Source: Methanotrichaceae archaeon
Lineage (GTDB): Archaea > Halobacteriota > Methanosarcinia > Methanotrichales > Methanotrichaceae
DNA length: 64,000 bases
Reading direction: 5' to 3'
Assembly: GCA_963748825.1 (NCBI GenBank)
Contig: CAVVKN010000023.1
Coordinates: forward strand, 96,001 to 160,000
A program made the position numbers and the translations under genes. Numbering within the stretch: the stretch's first letter is position 1; the number at the start of each line of letters is the position of its first letter. The notes under the pieces are model-generated. The model made no database searches. It had not been told where the DNA came from and was given only the letters and a program-made list of their open reading frames with translations. Below are positions 42,146-53,034 of this stretch, piece after piece.

Positions 42146-42376
42146 TCAATCCATAAAGAAATCATCAATTCTGCTTTGCCGACTTAATGGGAGGAAAGAA
42201 TGGCCCGAAAGGCGGCATCGGACTATGCTGGCAAGCCAATCGCGTCTTCGGACTGTAATGGAGCTGAGTCCGGGAGCTGAACCATCACAATCGAGATGAG
42301 ACAGATTGCACTTATTTCCTTCTAGGCCATAGTTACACCTAAGCACTTCTGGAATAATATAGACGATTGTGTACAA
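42146..42376 (-). CDS. Putative small Cys-containing protein with a C-terminal PIP box
   Basis: 76-aa TTG ORF ending QSRIDDFFMD. Confidence 0.45.
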   Translation of the reverse strand: MYTIVYIIPEVLRCNYGLEGNKCNLSHLDCDGSAPGLSSITVRRRDWLASIVRCRLSGHSFLPLSRQSRIDDFFMD

Positions 42377-42637
42377 CTTAGATGCTTAATTTTAACAGAT
42401 CCGAGCGCCGAGCTATCTCCTGAATTTGATAAGATGTAAAGCTCTATCAGGGCGCTTGTGGGCGGCATCGAAGCCGTCCAGCTTAAACACTATGGCCACC
42501 TGGCTGCGAAGGCTGCGTCTTGAGCCCGGCATCTGCGATTGTGCCCGTCTCTGCGCCAGATTCTGGTCTCGCGCAGAAGGGCCATTGATGGAGGAATAAC
42601 AGGCAGTTGCCATCCATCACCAAGACTCAAAACGCCT

Positions 42638-43096
42638 TCAAAAACCCTTTTCCGTCACCCTTACTACCTCAATTCCTGCCTGCTGCAAAAAATCCAGAGC
42701 CGTCTGATCCGGATAGCTCTGCTGATAGACAACCTTCCTCACCCTGGCATTGATCATCATCTTGGCGCAGAGGACGCAGGGCTGATGAGTGCAATAAAGC
42801 GTTGCCCCCTCAATGCTGATGCCATGCAGTGCCGCCTGGATGATAGCATTCTGCTCCGCGTGCACCGCCCGGCAAAGCTCATGGCGCGTGCCGGAGGCCA
42901 CGCCATCCCGTGCGCAGCCCACCAGGTCGCAGTGGTCCAGGCCGGAGGGCGCGCCATTGTAGCCGGTGGTGAGAATGCGCTTGTTCCTCACAAAGAGCGC
43001 TCCCACTTGATTTCGCAGGCAGGTAGAGCGCTTGGCTACCACGGTGGCAATCTCCATGAAATATTCATCCATGCCGGGGCGGACTATGGGAGACAT
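42638..43096 (-). CDS. dCMP deaminase (ComEB-like)
   Basis: RSTCLR, TGYNG, HAEQNAI, PCVLC. Confidence 0.92.
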   Translation of the reverse strand: MSPIVRPGMDEYFMEIATVVAKRSTCLRNQVGALFVRNKRILTTGYNGAPSGLDHCDLVGCARDGVASGTRHELCRAVHAEQNAIIQAALHGISIEGATLYCTHQPCVLCAKMMINARVRKVVYQQSYPDQTALDFLQQAGIEVVRVTEKGF

Positions 43097-43202
43097 TCAA
43101 TGGAATCGTGGGCCGTCTTGATTAAAAAGCTCTCTCCATGAGACCTCTGGCTGTGAAGGACGAAGCGTTAGATCCGAAAAAAGTGACGGGCGGGGTTTCA
43201 GC

Positions 43203-44379
43203 TCATCCCGTCAGTTGCAGATCATCCCGCTGGGCGGCGGCCGTTCCCGAGTACGTCTCCAGAGAAGTCTGCACCAGCTTTCCGCTGGCATCGTACAGAG
43301 CTAATAGCTTGTAGTTTACATCGTTGGTCTTTTCCATTATCACTCCTCCAGTGCCGCTCTGGATCACGCTGACCTTCATGCCCGTATCCGGGTCGCTGTC
43401 GACAAGGCCAGGACCAAGAGAGAGGGCCTCATTTGGCACCCAGAACCCCATCAGCTGGGCCACGCCGCTTACCATCGGGACGTAGGCTGGCTGGATCGCA
43501 TCTTGTGTGTACGTCTGCTGTCGCCCTTCAGCAAATCTGTCGTGCACGTCCTGTATGGCCAGTTGGGAACCTAAGGCAGTAAGCGTGGGTGCAACATCAG
43601 GAAGTTGAGGCAGCCAAAACGCATGTTGGCCTTGGTAGCTTAGCACTTGCCCAGCAACTACCCAGGAGGGCACGCTTCCTTCGGTCCAGGGGATGTTCAC
43701 CTGCCGAAGGTTACGAAGCGTTAGTATGCCGCTTTGTTTTCTGGTTACTGTTACACCATTTTCAGGAGCAAAACTGGAGGCAAAATCAGCGGTGTGATGG
43801 AGCATTATGCCTGTATCCAGGTCGTAAATCATGCCCAAAACGATGCCCTGTGACGACGTATAGTAGAACCTGATCACATTGTATTGCACGCCGTTGAGAT
43901 CATAGGTACCCCGGCTTACAACCAGATCCTTGCCGGCATTATCCGGAATGCTGCGAAGAACGGCGGGGTTGCACCAGAAGTCACCACAGCCCACCGGATT
44001 CACGGAGCCGTAGGTGTTTATTGTCTTCATGGCCCCGTTTGTCGGATCTGGGGCATAAGTACTGGTCCATGTGGCCGCTTTGCCTCCCTTCCAGAGCCAC
44101 CACGTCCACCTGGACCAGACCGACACCCGGGCTCTCGCCACTCGTATGAGTCCCACGTTCCGTTGTCGCTTCACTCCCAGAACCGGTATATTCCTCATAC
44201 GTGGCCCTCAGTCCTTCTTCAACTAAAGCCGGTGCAGGAGCATTGGCCAGCTCAGGATATCTTATGGTCATGGGGTTGTTCGTTCCACTGGGCAATGTCA
44301 ATTTGGCGGCGTCTGAGGCAAGAGCAACCTGGCAAAAGGCCAGGAGCAGCAATACCATGAGTGTTGCTTCTTTCTTCAT
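43203..44379 (-). CDS. Hypothetical secreted protein, apparent +1 frameshift ~44087
   Basis: Signal peptide in ORF 43981-44379 continues into ORF 43203-44198 at ..VALEG/GKAATW. Confidence 0.65.
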
Positions 44380-44399
44380 AATAACAACTCCATTTAGAT

Positions 44400-44892
44400 T
44401 CAGCTATCATTCTCAATCTTAGCTAAAGCCTCTTTTGCGACAGACTGGACGTCTGAATTTTCATCCGTTAGTGCTTCTTTCAATGCCTCAACAGCTCTGG
44501 GTCAATGCCTGCGTGTACTGAGCCAGAGTAGCTCCTGCAGGCAGCGGCTCCACCTGCACGATCAAATAATTCAAAGGATTATCGTCGTCCTCTTCCGGCG
44601 TCAGCATCCCGTAGACTAAGCCCATGTTGTTTGGATCGGCCTCTCGAGCCTGCCAATCCTGCGGATAGCCGATCCTAAAGTTATATACGGTATTTTCGTA
44701 TGTCAATAATGCGGACGATATTGGTATAGTCACTGCATCTGAAGTCTCTAGATCCGATGTCTCTAGGACCTGGTCGGAAGATCCGAAAGATGACACGGGA
44801 AGGTTCTGAGCACTGCTAATTATAAAAATTGATTCAATTATTAATACCAAGATAGGTACTAATATGAATAAAAAGTTTCTGATATTTTTCAT
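44400..44892 (-). pseudogene. Truncated PsbP-like secreted gene joined out of frame to the last repeat of a HEAT/PBS-lyase gene
   Basis: TYEN..YNFRIGYPQDW (PsbP-like) stops early at 44488; a second frame, 44400-44501, reads PRAVEALKEALTDENSDVQSVAKEALAKI. Confidence 0.65.
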
Positions 44893-45023
44893 AATTCATC
44901 AATATTTGTGGTGTTTGATACTACTTAAGCCATAAGTAAACGGTCTTTAGAACTATCATCCCGGAAGAATCGCTAAGATGCAACAACAAGCTTAATATTC
45001 CCTTTCAGCATCGAATTGCCGTT

Positions 45024-46520
45024 ATGTCTATTCACTGGGCTGACGTCATCGCCGAGAAGCTCGAGAAGAGCGGCCCGCACACCATTGCCACGGGCATAAC
45101 CCCATCCGGTCCTGTACACATAGGAAATATGCGCGAGGTCATGACGGCAGAGGCCGTCTACCGCGCCCTTCTGGACAGGGGGGTAGAGGCTAAGCTCATC
45201 TACATCGCCGATACCTACGATCGCCTGCGCAGGCTCTACCCCTTCCTGCCGGAGAGCTTCACAGAGCACATAGGTAAGCCCCTCTCCGAGATTCCCTGCC
45301 CCCTGGGATGCTGCGCCAGCTACGCAGAGCACTTTTTAAATCCATTCTTGAAAAGCATGGAGAGGCTGGGCATCACGCCAGAGGTCTACCGCGCCGATGT
45401 GCTCTACAAAGAGGGCAAGTACAATGAGGCCATCAAGACAGCCTTGCGGCGCAAGGACGACATCGCCCGTATCCTCAAAGAGGTCTCGGGCCGCGATGTT
45501 CCCGCTGGCTGGAGTCCTTTTGATGCCATCTGCTCCACATGCGGCCGGACCAACACCACCCATGTCACGGGCTTTGATCTGGAGGGCGAGACTGTGGACT
45601 ACGAATGCTCGTGCGGCTCGCGGGGCACCGTCTCCATGAGCGGTGGAGGAAAGCTGGTCTGGAGAGTGGACTGGCCGGCCCGCTGGCCTATCTTCAATGT
45701 CACCGTAGAGCCCTTTGGCAAGGACCACGCCACGTCCGGTGGGTCCTATGATACAGGCAAGCGCATCAGCGAAGAGATCTACGGCTACCCTGCTCCCTTC
45801 CCCATGGTCTACGAGTGGATTCATCTCAAGGGCGTGGGCGCCATGCACAGCTCCACAGGAATTGTGGTCACCATCCAGGAGATGCTGGACGTTGTGCCAC
45901 CCGAGGTCCTGCGCTACCTGATCATACGAAACAAGCCGGAAAAGCACATCGAGTTTGACCCTGCACTGCCGCTGCTCTCCCTGGTGGATGAGTACGACCA
46001 GAGAAAGGGCGATGAGAGAGCCATCGAGCTTTCCAATATCAGTAAGAGCGGACCCTTCGAGATACCCTTCCGCCACATGGTCACGGCGGTGCAGATCGCT
46101 CGCGGCGACGAGGACGATCTCTTCGTGGCCCTGAAAAGATCCGGCTACGATGTCATCACAAGGCGCGAGGAGATTTTGGGCCGGGCAAGAAATGTGCAGA
46201 CGTGGCTGGACAAATATGCGCCGGCTTACGTAAAGTTCCAGGTGCAAGAGACGCTTCCAGCCGCGGTCAAGAACCTGACACCCGAGGAGCGGCAGGGCCT
46301 GGGCGTCCTGGCCGAGCAGGTGGGGGAGAAGACAGCAGCTGAGATTCACGAACTGGTCTATGCCGTGGCCAAGGAGCAGGGCCTCGACTCCAAGAAGTTC
46401 TTCCAGGCCATCTACCTGGCATTCCTTGGCGACCGTCAGGGACCCAAAGTGGGATGGTTTTTGGCCAGCCTGGAGAGAGGCCTTGTTAAAGCCAGGCTGA
46501 AGGAAGCAGCAAAGGCTTAG
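45024..46520 (+). CDS. lysS: Lysine--tRNA ligase, class I
   Basis: HWAD, TGITPSGPVHIGN, KLVWRVDWPARW, EPFGKDH, MHSSTG. Confidence 0.96.
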   Translation: MSIHWADVIAEKLEKSGPHTIATGITPSGPVHIGNMREVMTAEAVYRALLDRGVEAKLIYIADTYDRLRRLYPFLPESFTEHIGKPLSEIPCPLGCCASYAEHFLNPFLKSMERLGITPEVYRADVLYKEGKYNEAIKTALRRKDDIARILKEVSGRDVPAGWSPFDAICSTCGRTNTTHVTGFDLEGETVDYECSCGSRGTVSMSGGGKLVWRVDWPARWPIFNVTVEPFGKDHATSGGSYDTGKRISEEIYGYPAPFPMVYEWIHLKGVGAMHSSTGIVVTIQEMLDVVPPEVLRYLIIRNKPEKHIEFDPALPLLSLVDEYDQRKGDERAIELSNISKSGPFEIPFRHMVTAVQIARGDEDDLFVALKRSGYDVITRREEILGRARNVQTWLDKYAPAYVKFQVQETLPAAVKNLTPEERQGLGVLAEQVGEKTAAEIHELVYAVAKEQGLDSKKFFQAIYLAFLGDRQGPKVGWFLASLERGLVKARLKEAAKA

Positions 46521-46531
46521 GTTTAGATGTC

Positions 46532-46948
46532 ATGGGGCATAAGATCTACCTGTCCGGCCCGCTCTTCTCGCGGGGCGAGATCGCCTGGGGCGAGCGTGTC
46601 AAATCCTTCCTAAAAGATCGGCTGGAAGATGTAGATATCATCTGGCCCCATGAGATCATCCCCTGCCAGGCATTGCCGGCGCAGATCTTCCAGGCCAATT
46701 TGCAGGCCCTAAGCGAATGCGATATCATGGTGGCCATGCTGGACGGCTCTCAGGTGGACGACGGCACCGCCTGGGAGATAGGCTACTTTTTCATGCAGGG
46801 CAAAAAAATCCTGGGGCTAAGAACGGACTTTCGCCGCGCCGGAGAAACGGATAATTCTCGCGTCAACCTCATGATCGAGTGCTCCTGCCGGGCAATGGCC
46901 AGCAGCCTGGAAGAGCTGGCATCGGATCTGAAGAGGCTCTTAGATTGA
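46532..46948 (+). CDS. Nucleoside 2-deoxyribosyltransferase family protein
   Basis: IYLSGPLF, DDGTAWEIGY, RTDFR, NLMI. Confidence 0.88.
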   Translation: MGHKIYLSGPLFSRGEIAWGERVKSFLKDRLEDVDIIWPHEIIPCQALPAQIFQANLQALSECDIMVAMLDGSQVDDGTAWEIGYFFMQGKKILGLRTDFRRAGETDNSRVNLMIECSCRAMASSLEELASDLKRLLD

Positions 46949-47712
46949 TCACGCCCGTCTTTGACGCACCCCTTCTCCTGGTGGAGGGAGATGAGCGCGT
47001 CCTGGTGGCCGCCGATCTTCACCTGGGCCTGGAGCATGAACTGTGGCTGGGAGGCGTCTCTATTCCCAGTCAGACCGAGAAAATTTTAGCGCGGCTACTG
47101 GGCTTTTTGGCTGAGATTAAACCGGACAGGCTCCTGCTTTTAGGAGACATAAAGCACAACGTTCCCAAGACGAGCTGGCAGGAGAAGAGGGAGATCCCCG
47201 AATTCTTGCGCCGGCTTTGCGCCCGGGCTATAGTGGAGATCGTGCCGGGAAATCATGACAGCAATCTGGCGGATATGGCCCCCCTGGGTGTGCGGGTGCG
47301 CCCGTCCTCCGGCTTTGTGCTGGACGGGGTGGGATATTTCCACGGCCACACCTGGCCAGATGAAAAGGTTATGCGCCAGGGCAGCCTGGTGGCGGGGCAC
47401 CTGCATCCGGCGGTAAGGCTTCCCGACCCCCTGAGCCACTCACCTTCCCGCCCCGTTTGGGCAAAAACGCGGCTGATGAGTGAGGCAGTGCAAGCGCATT
47501 ACGGTTTTGCCAGGGACAGTGAGATCATCATCGCCCCCGCCTTCAACATTCTTTGCGGCGGACTGCCCCTCAATGAGCCCGTTGATGAAATGCGCGGGCC
47601 GCTCTTAACCATGGCCGACTGGGAGGGTGCACGCCTCTATCTTCTTGATGGAACCGATCTCGGCACCCTGGCAGAGATAAAAGCGGCCCAACGAAAGCAG
47701 GCAGAGCAGTAA
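46945..47712 (+). CDS. Metallophosphoesterase (COG1407-type)
   Basis: ADLHLG, GDIKH, GNHD, HGH, GHLHP, PAFN; TTG start overlapping the upstream stop. Confidence 0.88.
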   Translation: MITPVFDAPLLLVEGDERVLVAADLHLGLEHELWLGGVSIPSQTEKILARLLGFLAEIKPDRLLLLGDIKHNVPKTSWQEKREIPEFLRRLCARAIVEIVPGNHDSNLADMAPLGVRVRPSSGFVLDGVGYFHGHTWPDEKVMRQGSLVAGHLHPAVRLPDPLSHSPSRPVWAKTRLMSEAVQAHYGFARDSEIIIAPAFNILCGGLPLNEPVDEMRGPLLTMADWEGARLYLLDGTDLGTLAEIKAAQRKQAEQ

Positions 47713-47756
47713 GAATTATTACTAATGCTATTCTTACAAGAGAGGGCGATAAAGAA

Positions 47757-48308
47757 ATGAATGATAAAGAGAGGCTTTTAGAATTGCTAAAGGACAAGTC
47801 CCTTGAGGTGAGACCGGTCACCCTGTCCTCAGGCAAAATCAGCGATTATTATATGGACTGCAAGCGCGTTACCTTGAGCCCGGAAGGGGCCTACCTCACG
47901 GGCAAGCTGATGCTGGAGATGATCAGGCCGGAGGTATCCGCCGTGGCCGGTCTCACCCTGGGCGCGGACCCCATTGTATCATCCATCTCGGTTCTAAGCC
48001 ATTTACAGAAGAGAGACCTACCAGGCCTGATTGTGCGAAAAGAGCCCAAGAAGCACGGCACCATGAGCTATGTAGAGGGGCCGGCTCTGCAGAAGGGAGC
48101 GATGGTCGCGGTGGTGGAAGACGTGGTCACCTCAGGAGCATCACTTATCAGAGCCATCGATCGCATTGCAGCCGCAGGCTACCGGCCTGTGCAGGCTCTG
48201 ACCATATTGGACCGCCAGGAAGGCGGAAGAGAAGCCATCGAAGAGCGAGGATTTGTGCTGCAAGCACTTTTTACCCGCGACGATTTGGATATAAAGGTGA
48301 ACAAATAG
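47757..48308 (+). CDS. pyrE: Orotate phosphoribosyltransferase
   Basis: LSSGKISDYYMD, RKEPKKHG, VVEDVVTSG. Confidence 0.95.
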   Translation: MNDKERLLELLKDKSLEVRPVTLSSGKISDYYMDCKRVTLSPEGAYLTGKLMLEMIRPEVSAVAGLTLGADPIVSSISVLSHLQKRDLPGLIVRKEPKKHGTMSYVEGPALQKGAMVAVVEDVVTSGASLIRAIDRIAAAGYRPVQALTILDRQEGGREAIEERGFVLQALFTRDDLDIKVNK

Positions 48309-48337
48309 CCAAACAAATAAAATTATTCAAAATTTTG

Positions 48338-49024
48338 CTAAGAAGTGTTTATTTCCCCACCAGGGGGCTGTTCTCCCTGGTCAGATGCTGGGTTAAGACC
48401 ATCCGGTGGCACATCTTCAGGAAATCCGCTGCCTGGCGTCTCGTTGGCAGGTCGCGTAGGTTGTGGCGAGGCTCCACCGGGCAGAACGCCGCCAGGCGGC
48501 CTCGCTGATGGGGCCGCACCCATCGGATTTGAGCCATCCGGCCCTACACCGGGTGTTATCTCTCCCGACCCAGGCTGCGGCTGGGGCTCTGGCACAGCTG
48601 ATGCTGTTGCAGTAAATGGCGCTTCCAGTCGAAGATTGCGCCAGGTCCCATCTTCCGCGTAAGATATCTCAGAAACGATCCAATAATTCCCGCTCTGCTG
48701 CGCCGTGAGAGGGTAGCTGATCTGCTGCGTGACCCCGGGGTACAGCTCCGTGCTCTGGCCACCCGCGTTCGCGACGACCCCCGGAGGAAGATTGGGAGTG
48801 ACCATAGCCTGTATGGAATTCAGGCCATTGTAAGTCAGCGATACGGTTACAGTTACCATCTGTCCAACCTCTGCCGATGGCATCATATTCTGGTAGGCCG
48901 TCAGCTCTGCCACCGCTGGACCCAATAACAGCCCCACCCCAAGGAGCAGAAGAATGTGAACCAATCCCAAATGCTTCATCGGATCCCTATTGTCTTGCCT
49001 GCGAGATTTAAAGATACCTGTCAT
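48338..49024 (-). CDS. Secreted Ig-like (BatD-like) protein with a Pro/Gly-rich tail
   Basis: Signal peptide, VGQMVTVTVSL, ELYPG..QQISYPL. Confidence 0.7.
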   Translation of the reverse strand: MTGIFKSRRQDNRDPMKHLGLVHILLLLGVGLLLGPAVAELTAYQNMMPSAEVGQMVTVTVSLTYNGLNSIQAMVTPNLPPGVVANAGGQSTELYPGVTQQISYPLTAQQSGNYWIVSEISYAEDGTWRNLRLEAPFTATASAVPEPQPQPGSGEITPGVGPDGSNPMGAAPSARPPGGVLPGGASPQPTRPANETPGSGFPEDVPPDGLNPASDQGEQPPGGEINTS

Positions 49025-49142
49025 ACGAGATTGATATGAGATCTATTCGATGCCTTGATACTCATTTCCCTAATTTTGCAGAAAACCCCTGGCTCTTTTC
49101 CATACATAAAATACTTATCTGGTTTGGAGATATGATCCTCTG

Positions 49143-50344
49143 ATGGACGTCTCTTTCTCTGCCTGGCGGCATTCGCGAGAAGAGAGCTTGCAGCTCAAAG
49201 GAGATAGCTTCTCCTTTCTCTTCGATAGGCGCTACACTAATCGACTCAACCGAATGAGCCGTGTTTTCTTCGAAGCCTATGTCGTGGCCACTAAAGAACT
49301 GGCCGCGCAGGAGGACCGCTTCCCCAGCCTTAGCGAGATAGACGCCAAGATGGAAAGCGGGGCCGTTTACGCTTTCAAGGATCGTTTGATGAAGAATACC
49401 GAGTTCTTCGAAGAGGTTAAGATCTCCGGCGTCTCCTACCTGGTTCCGCGCGCACTCAAGTTCGTGGATGTTAGCGGCACTTATACCGATTTGGTCTTGA
49501 ACTTCGAGGAGGGCATCGTGGTGCTGCCTACGCGAAGGAAGACCACCTCTCTCCCGGACAGCCCTATGCCGATCGAAGAGGATGAACCAATAGCATCACA
49601 GGTAACTGAGATCGCAAATAAAGAGCCCACAATTTCCGAAGACAAAGAAGCAGAAGCAAAACCACAGTCGTATCCTCCGCACACACCAGAGACCTTCGAG
49701 GAGATCTCTCAGGCAACGCAGACGGCGGAGGCGCCTTCTCCCAGCGAGCCTGCGAAAAAGACAGCAGTAACTGCCTCATCTCCAGCAAAAGAGCCGTACA
49801 AGCCCCCATTGACCAAGAAGAAGATGGCAATGCCGCCAAGAACAGTCATCTTACTTGGCGCAGCTATCTTGCTGGCTCTTTTTGCCGTTGTATCCATCTA
49901 CGGCCCAACGCTAGTACGGCACCAGTACAGCCAACGTTCCTGGTTTTGTATTCCGCAAACATTTCAAATTCCAGCAACGAAAGCTATCTGGGTCTGAACA
50001 TCACCAACCCTCAGGGAATGGCCAATGATATGGAAATAGCTCTGCCCCAGAATATCGACCAGAGCATCAGTGCCAGAGGGGGAATTGTGACCATCTCCCA
50101 TGGAGAGAATACACTGGTGCGAATAAACTCCACAGGAGACGCCAGCGTGAAGATATATCTGCAGGGCAACTGGACAACAATTCCTGTGGGACTCAGCTTC
50201 TATGCGCCGAAAGGCTTCGACACCAACCTGCTGGTTCACGGACTAGCATCAACTGTCACACATAAGAATGCGACCTCGGTCTTGATGTTCAACCTGACCG
50301 AAGAAGGAGTAAGCTTTGAGCAGAGCTACACCCGAAAAAATTAG
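49143..50344 (+). CDS. Hypothetical bitopic membrane protein, frameshifted ~49920
   Basis: N-terminal domain, acidic P/E linker, one TM helix, then a sequon-rich domain in ORF 49946-50344. Confidence 0.6.
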
Positions 50345-51350
50345 ACTGGCGGTAATAGCCAATAAAAAGGACGCAGATGCTGCTCTAAAAAGGGTAGTCT
50401 CTCTCGGTGTTTTTGATAAGAGCCGCAAGGTAATCAAGAGACAAAGCCATGTAGAGATCCCGGTCATCAAGTCAGTCTCCGGCTGCGAGCTCGTCATGCA
50501 GGAAGATCCAGCCTTCTACAAGAAAATGCCGGATCTCCTCCATGCCTTGCAGGAAAAGATTCCCGAAGAATGCATCCATCTTATTCCTCGCGGCTGGTTC
50601 TTACTGGGAGAGGTAATAGTAATCAAGATTCACCCCGACCTTGCGGCGTATGAGCACCATATCGGCCAGGCTCTTTTAGACTTCTATCCTCGCTGCTGCA
50701 CCGTTTTAGCCGATGATGGCATCTTTGGCCCCTTTCGCGAGCCTGTACGTAGAGCCATCGCCGGCAGCAAGACCCAGACGGTACATAAAGAAAATAAAGT
50801 GATCTACAATCTGGATGCAAGCCTGGTGATGTTCTCGCCTGGGAACCTTATGGAGCGCATAAGAATGAGCCGTTTTGGCAAGGGTGAGTATGTAGTGGAC
50901 ATGTTTGCCGGGATAGGCTACTTCACTCTTCCCATGGCCGTTCATTCCCGGCCGAGAAAGATCATGGCCATTGAGCTGAATCCCAATGCTTACCATTATC
51001 TCTGCCAAAATGTCCGGCAAAACCATGTGGAAGAAATCGTGGAGCCTGTCCTGGGAGACTGCGCGAAGGTGACTCCGGAGGGCGTCGCCGATAGAGTGGT
51101 GATGGGCATGGTCCAGGTAACCGACCAATACCTGCAAAAGGGCATTTCCGCTCTGAGGCCGGGAGGCATACTGCATTACCATCAGACCATTGCCACCAGG
51201 ATGTATCCTGACGCAGCCATTCGAGATGTAAAGCAAGCTGCAGTAGCTTTAGGCCGCAAGGCCGAGATCCTGAGCTATGTGCTGGTCAAAAAGTACTCTC
51301 CCGGAGTGGTTCATGCCGTGATCGATGCCCGAATCGATAGTGATTTTTAG
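50316..51350 (+). CDS. Trm5/TYW2 (Met-10+) family SAM-dependent tRNA-modifying transferase
   Basis: VMFSPGN..ER, DMFAGIGYF, IELNP, GVADRVVMG. Confidence 0.88.
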   Translation: MSRATPEKIRLAVIANKKDADAALKRVVSLGVFDKSRKVIKRQSHVEIPVIKSVSGCELVMQEDPAFYKKMPDLLHALQEKIPEECIHLIPRGWFLLGEVIVIKIHPDLAAYEHHIGQALLDFYPRCCTVLADDGIFGPFREPVRRAIAGSKTQTVHKENKVIYNLDASLVMFSPGNLMERIRMSRFGKGEYVVDMFAGIGYFTLPMAVHSRPRKIMAIELNPNAYHYLCQNVRQNHVEEIVEPVLGDCAKVTPEGVADRVVMGMVQVTDQYLQKGISALRPGGILHYHQTIATRMYPDAAIRDVKQAAVALGRKAEILSYVLVKKYSPGVVHAVIDARIDSDF

Positions 51351-51356
51351 CGGGAG

Positions 51357-52037
51357 ATGCTAATTGCAATTATGATTGTCACCTGGCTCGGACACTCCTG
51401 CTTTCTTTTAAAGAGCGAAGAAGGTCTTTCTCTGCTCCTGGACCCGTTTCATGAGAGCGATGTGGGCTATTCCATGCCGATAACTGAAGCGGACATTGTA
51501 ATCATAAGCCACGACCATATGGATCACAACAATGTCGATGCTGCAGGAAGCGAAGCGGATGTGATCTTCGGCCCCGGCGATTACATCAGCATGGAAATGG
51601 ATATCACAGGCATAAAGTCATATCATGACGGACAGAGAGGAAAGCTGCGAGGTGAGAACACCATCTTCTGCTTCGCGCTGGACGGCATAAGAGTCTGTCA
51701 CCTGGGAGATTTGGGGCATACTTTGAGCCGAACCCAGGTAAAGGCCATAGGCCCTGTGGATCTGCTCTTTCTGCCTGTGGGCGGGAGATATACCATCGAT
51801 GCCGCCGTCGCAAATGAGGTGATGAGGCAACTGCACCCGGCAGTGACGGTGCCCATGCACTACAAAACAGGGGCCTTGGGCTTCGAGCTAGATCCTGTGG
51901 ACGAATTTCTAAAAGGCAGAGAGCCTGTAACGCCCCAAGAAAAGCTGCAACTGGCCAAAGAGGATATTTCGGGCGAGGGCAAAGTGGTGCTCCTCACCTG
52001 CCCCGGGGCAGAAGGGGCCAGCCAATCGATAGATTAA
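51357..52037 (+). CDS. MBL-fold metal-dependent hydrolase
   Basis: WLGHSCF, SHDHMDH, HLGDLG, PVGG, PMHY. Confidence 0.9.
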   Translation: MLIAIMIVTWLGHSCFLLKSEEGLSLLLDPFHESDVGYSMPITEADIVIISHDHMDHNNVDAAGSEADVIFGPGDYISMEMDITGIKSYHDGQRGKLRGENTIFCFALDGIRVCHLGDLGHTLSRTQVKAIGPVDLLFLPVGGRYTIDAAVANEVMRQLHPAVTVPMHYKTGALGFELDPVDEFLKGREPVTPQEKLQLAKEDISGEGKVVLLTCPGAEGASQSID

Positions 52038-52065
52038 TAACTACCTGCTGCAAGGGTAGTGGCGA

Positions 52066-52138
52066 AGCCCGGTAGTGTAGCGGTCAATCACAGGAGGCTC
52101 TGGACCTCCCCACCCAGGTTCGAATCCCGGCCGGGCTA
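52066..52138 (+). tRNA. tRNA-Gln (CTG)
   Basis: Acceptor stem AGCCCGG/CCGGGCT (A1-U72), anticodon arm GGAGG-CTCTGGA-CCTCC, TTCGAAT loop; CCA not encoded. Confidence 0.93.
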
Positions 52139-52236
52139 CTATCTTTTCGTTTCCGTTTTCCGCCTGTAAGGATTACAATTTACTTTTTCTTGCGGGCCCA
52201 TTTGCCCTCGGAAAAGAATCAATATGCAATTGTGTC

Positions 52237-52660
52237 TCAGGGTTCGAGGTGATCTCCCTTAAGCTCGTCCATTGCGTCCGGCGTGAGGCGGATTTCTGCT
52301 AATTGAATGGCACCCATTGAAGAGATCATCCTGGTCATCATATCAGAGATGGAGCGTCCGAGATCCTCATCTTTGCTGGATAGAGCCATGGACAGGGCAC
52401 ATCCCAGGTTATAGGCGGTCCAGCTGGCATAGGTGAAATGGACCATTAGATCCTCCATTCCTCCTTCAATCCAGGGGCCCTCCGAGTCAGGCCAGATCAC
52501 CCTCGACCTGATACTCTTGGAGCTCTGGATTTTCGCCTCAAACTGAACTAGGCCATCTATCATAAATTCACATCCTGGCGGCTTTCAGAGTAGGGCACCA
52601 TTCTTCCTTGCACGGCACTTGGCTCTTGTTGCCCTGACTACTATGACTATCCTCTAGCAT
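52237..52660 (-). CDS. Hypothetical protein, probable +1 shift ~52576
   Basis: ORF 52237-52563 plus an upstream ATG frame from 52660 (..CKEEWCPTLKAA/GCEFMIDG). Confidence 0.55.
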
Positions 52661-52729
52661 ACTCATTCCTATTTAAGATTGCCATGTATGCCTGTATAGT
52701 CCCGAAATTATAGATCATCAAAGGACACC

Positions 52730-53004
52730 TGTTACAAAATCGCATACACATGCATCCAAAAGCACAAAGACTGGCCCAGTGGATCACGGAAGCGCGGTAA
52801 TTGGAACCGCAAATTCAAAGATCACCTAAAAAAGATGGTATCAAGCCCATATTAGCCAGAGTGAAGCAGCCCCAGACGAACGGAAAGTTAGAACGCTTTT
52901 TCGGAGAATACGAGAATCAAAGGTCAGCTTTTCGTTCATTCGAAGATTTTATAGGGCGGTACAACGATACAGGGATATTTTTAAGACGGAAAAAAGCTAA
53001 ATAG
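52730..53004 (+). mobile_element. IS481/IS3-type DDE transposase remnant
   Basis: DHGS.. and GIKPILARVKQPQTNGKLERFF integrase-core motif; fragmented, boundaries approximate. Confidence 0.75.
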
Positions 53005-53034
53005 AATCAGCCAGAGGCGTAGCGAGGTGACTGT

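Noticed and set aside
42413-42613. Small ORF downstream of dCMP deaminase
   Set aside because: Three similarly short open frames with no recognisable features; none can be supported
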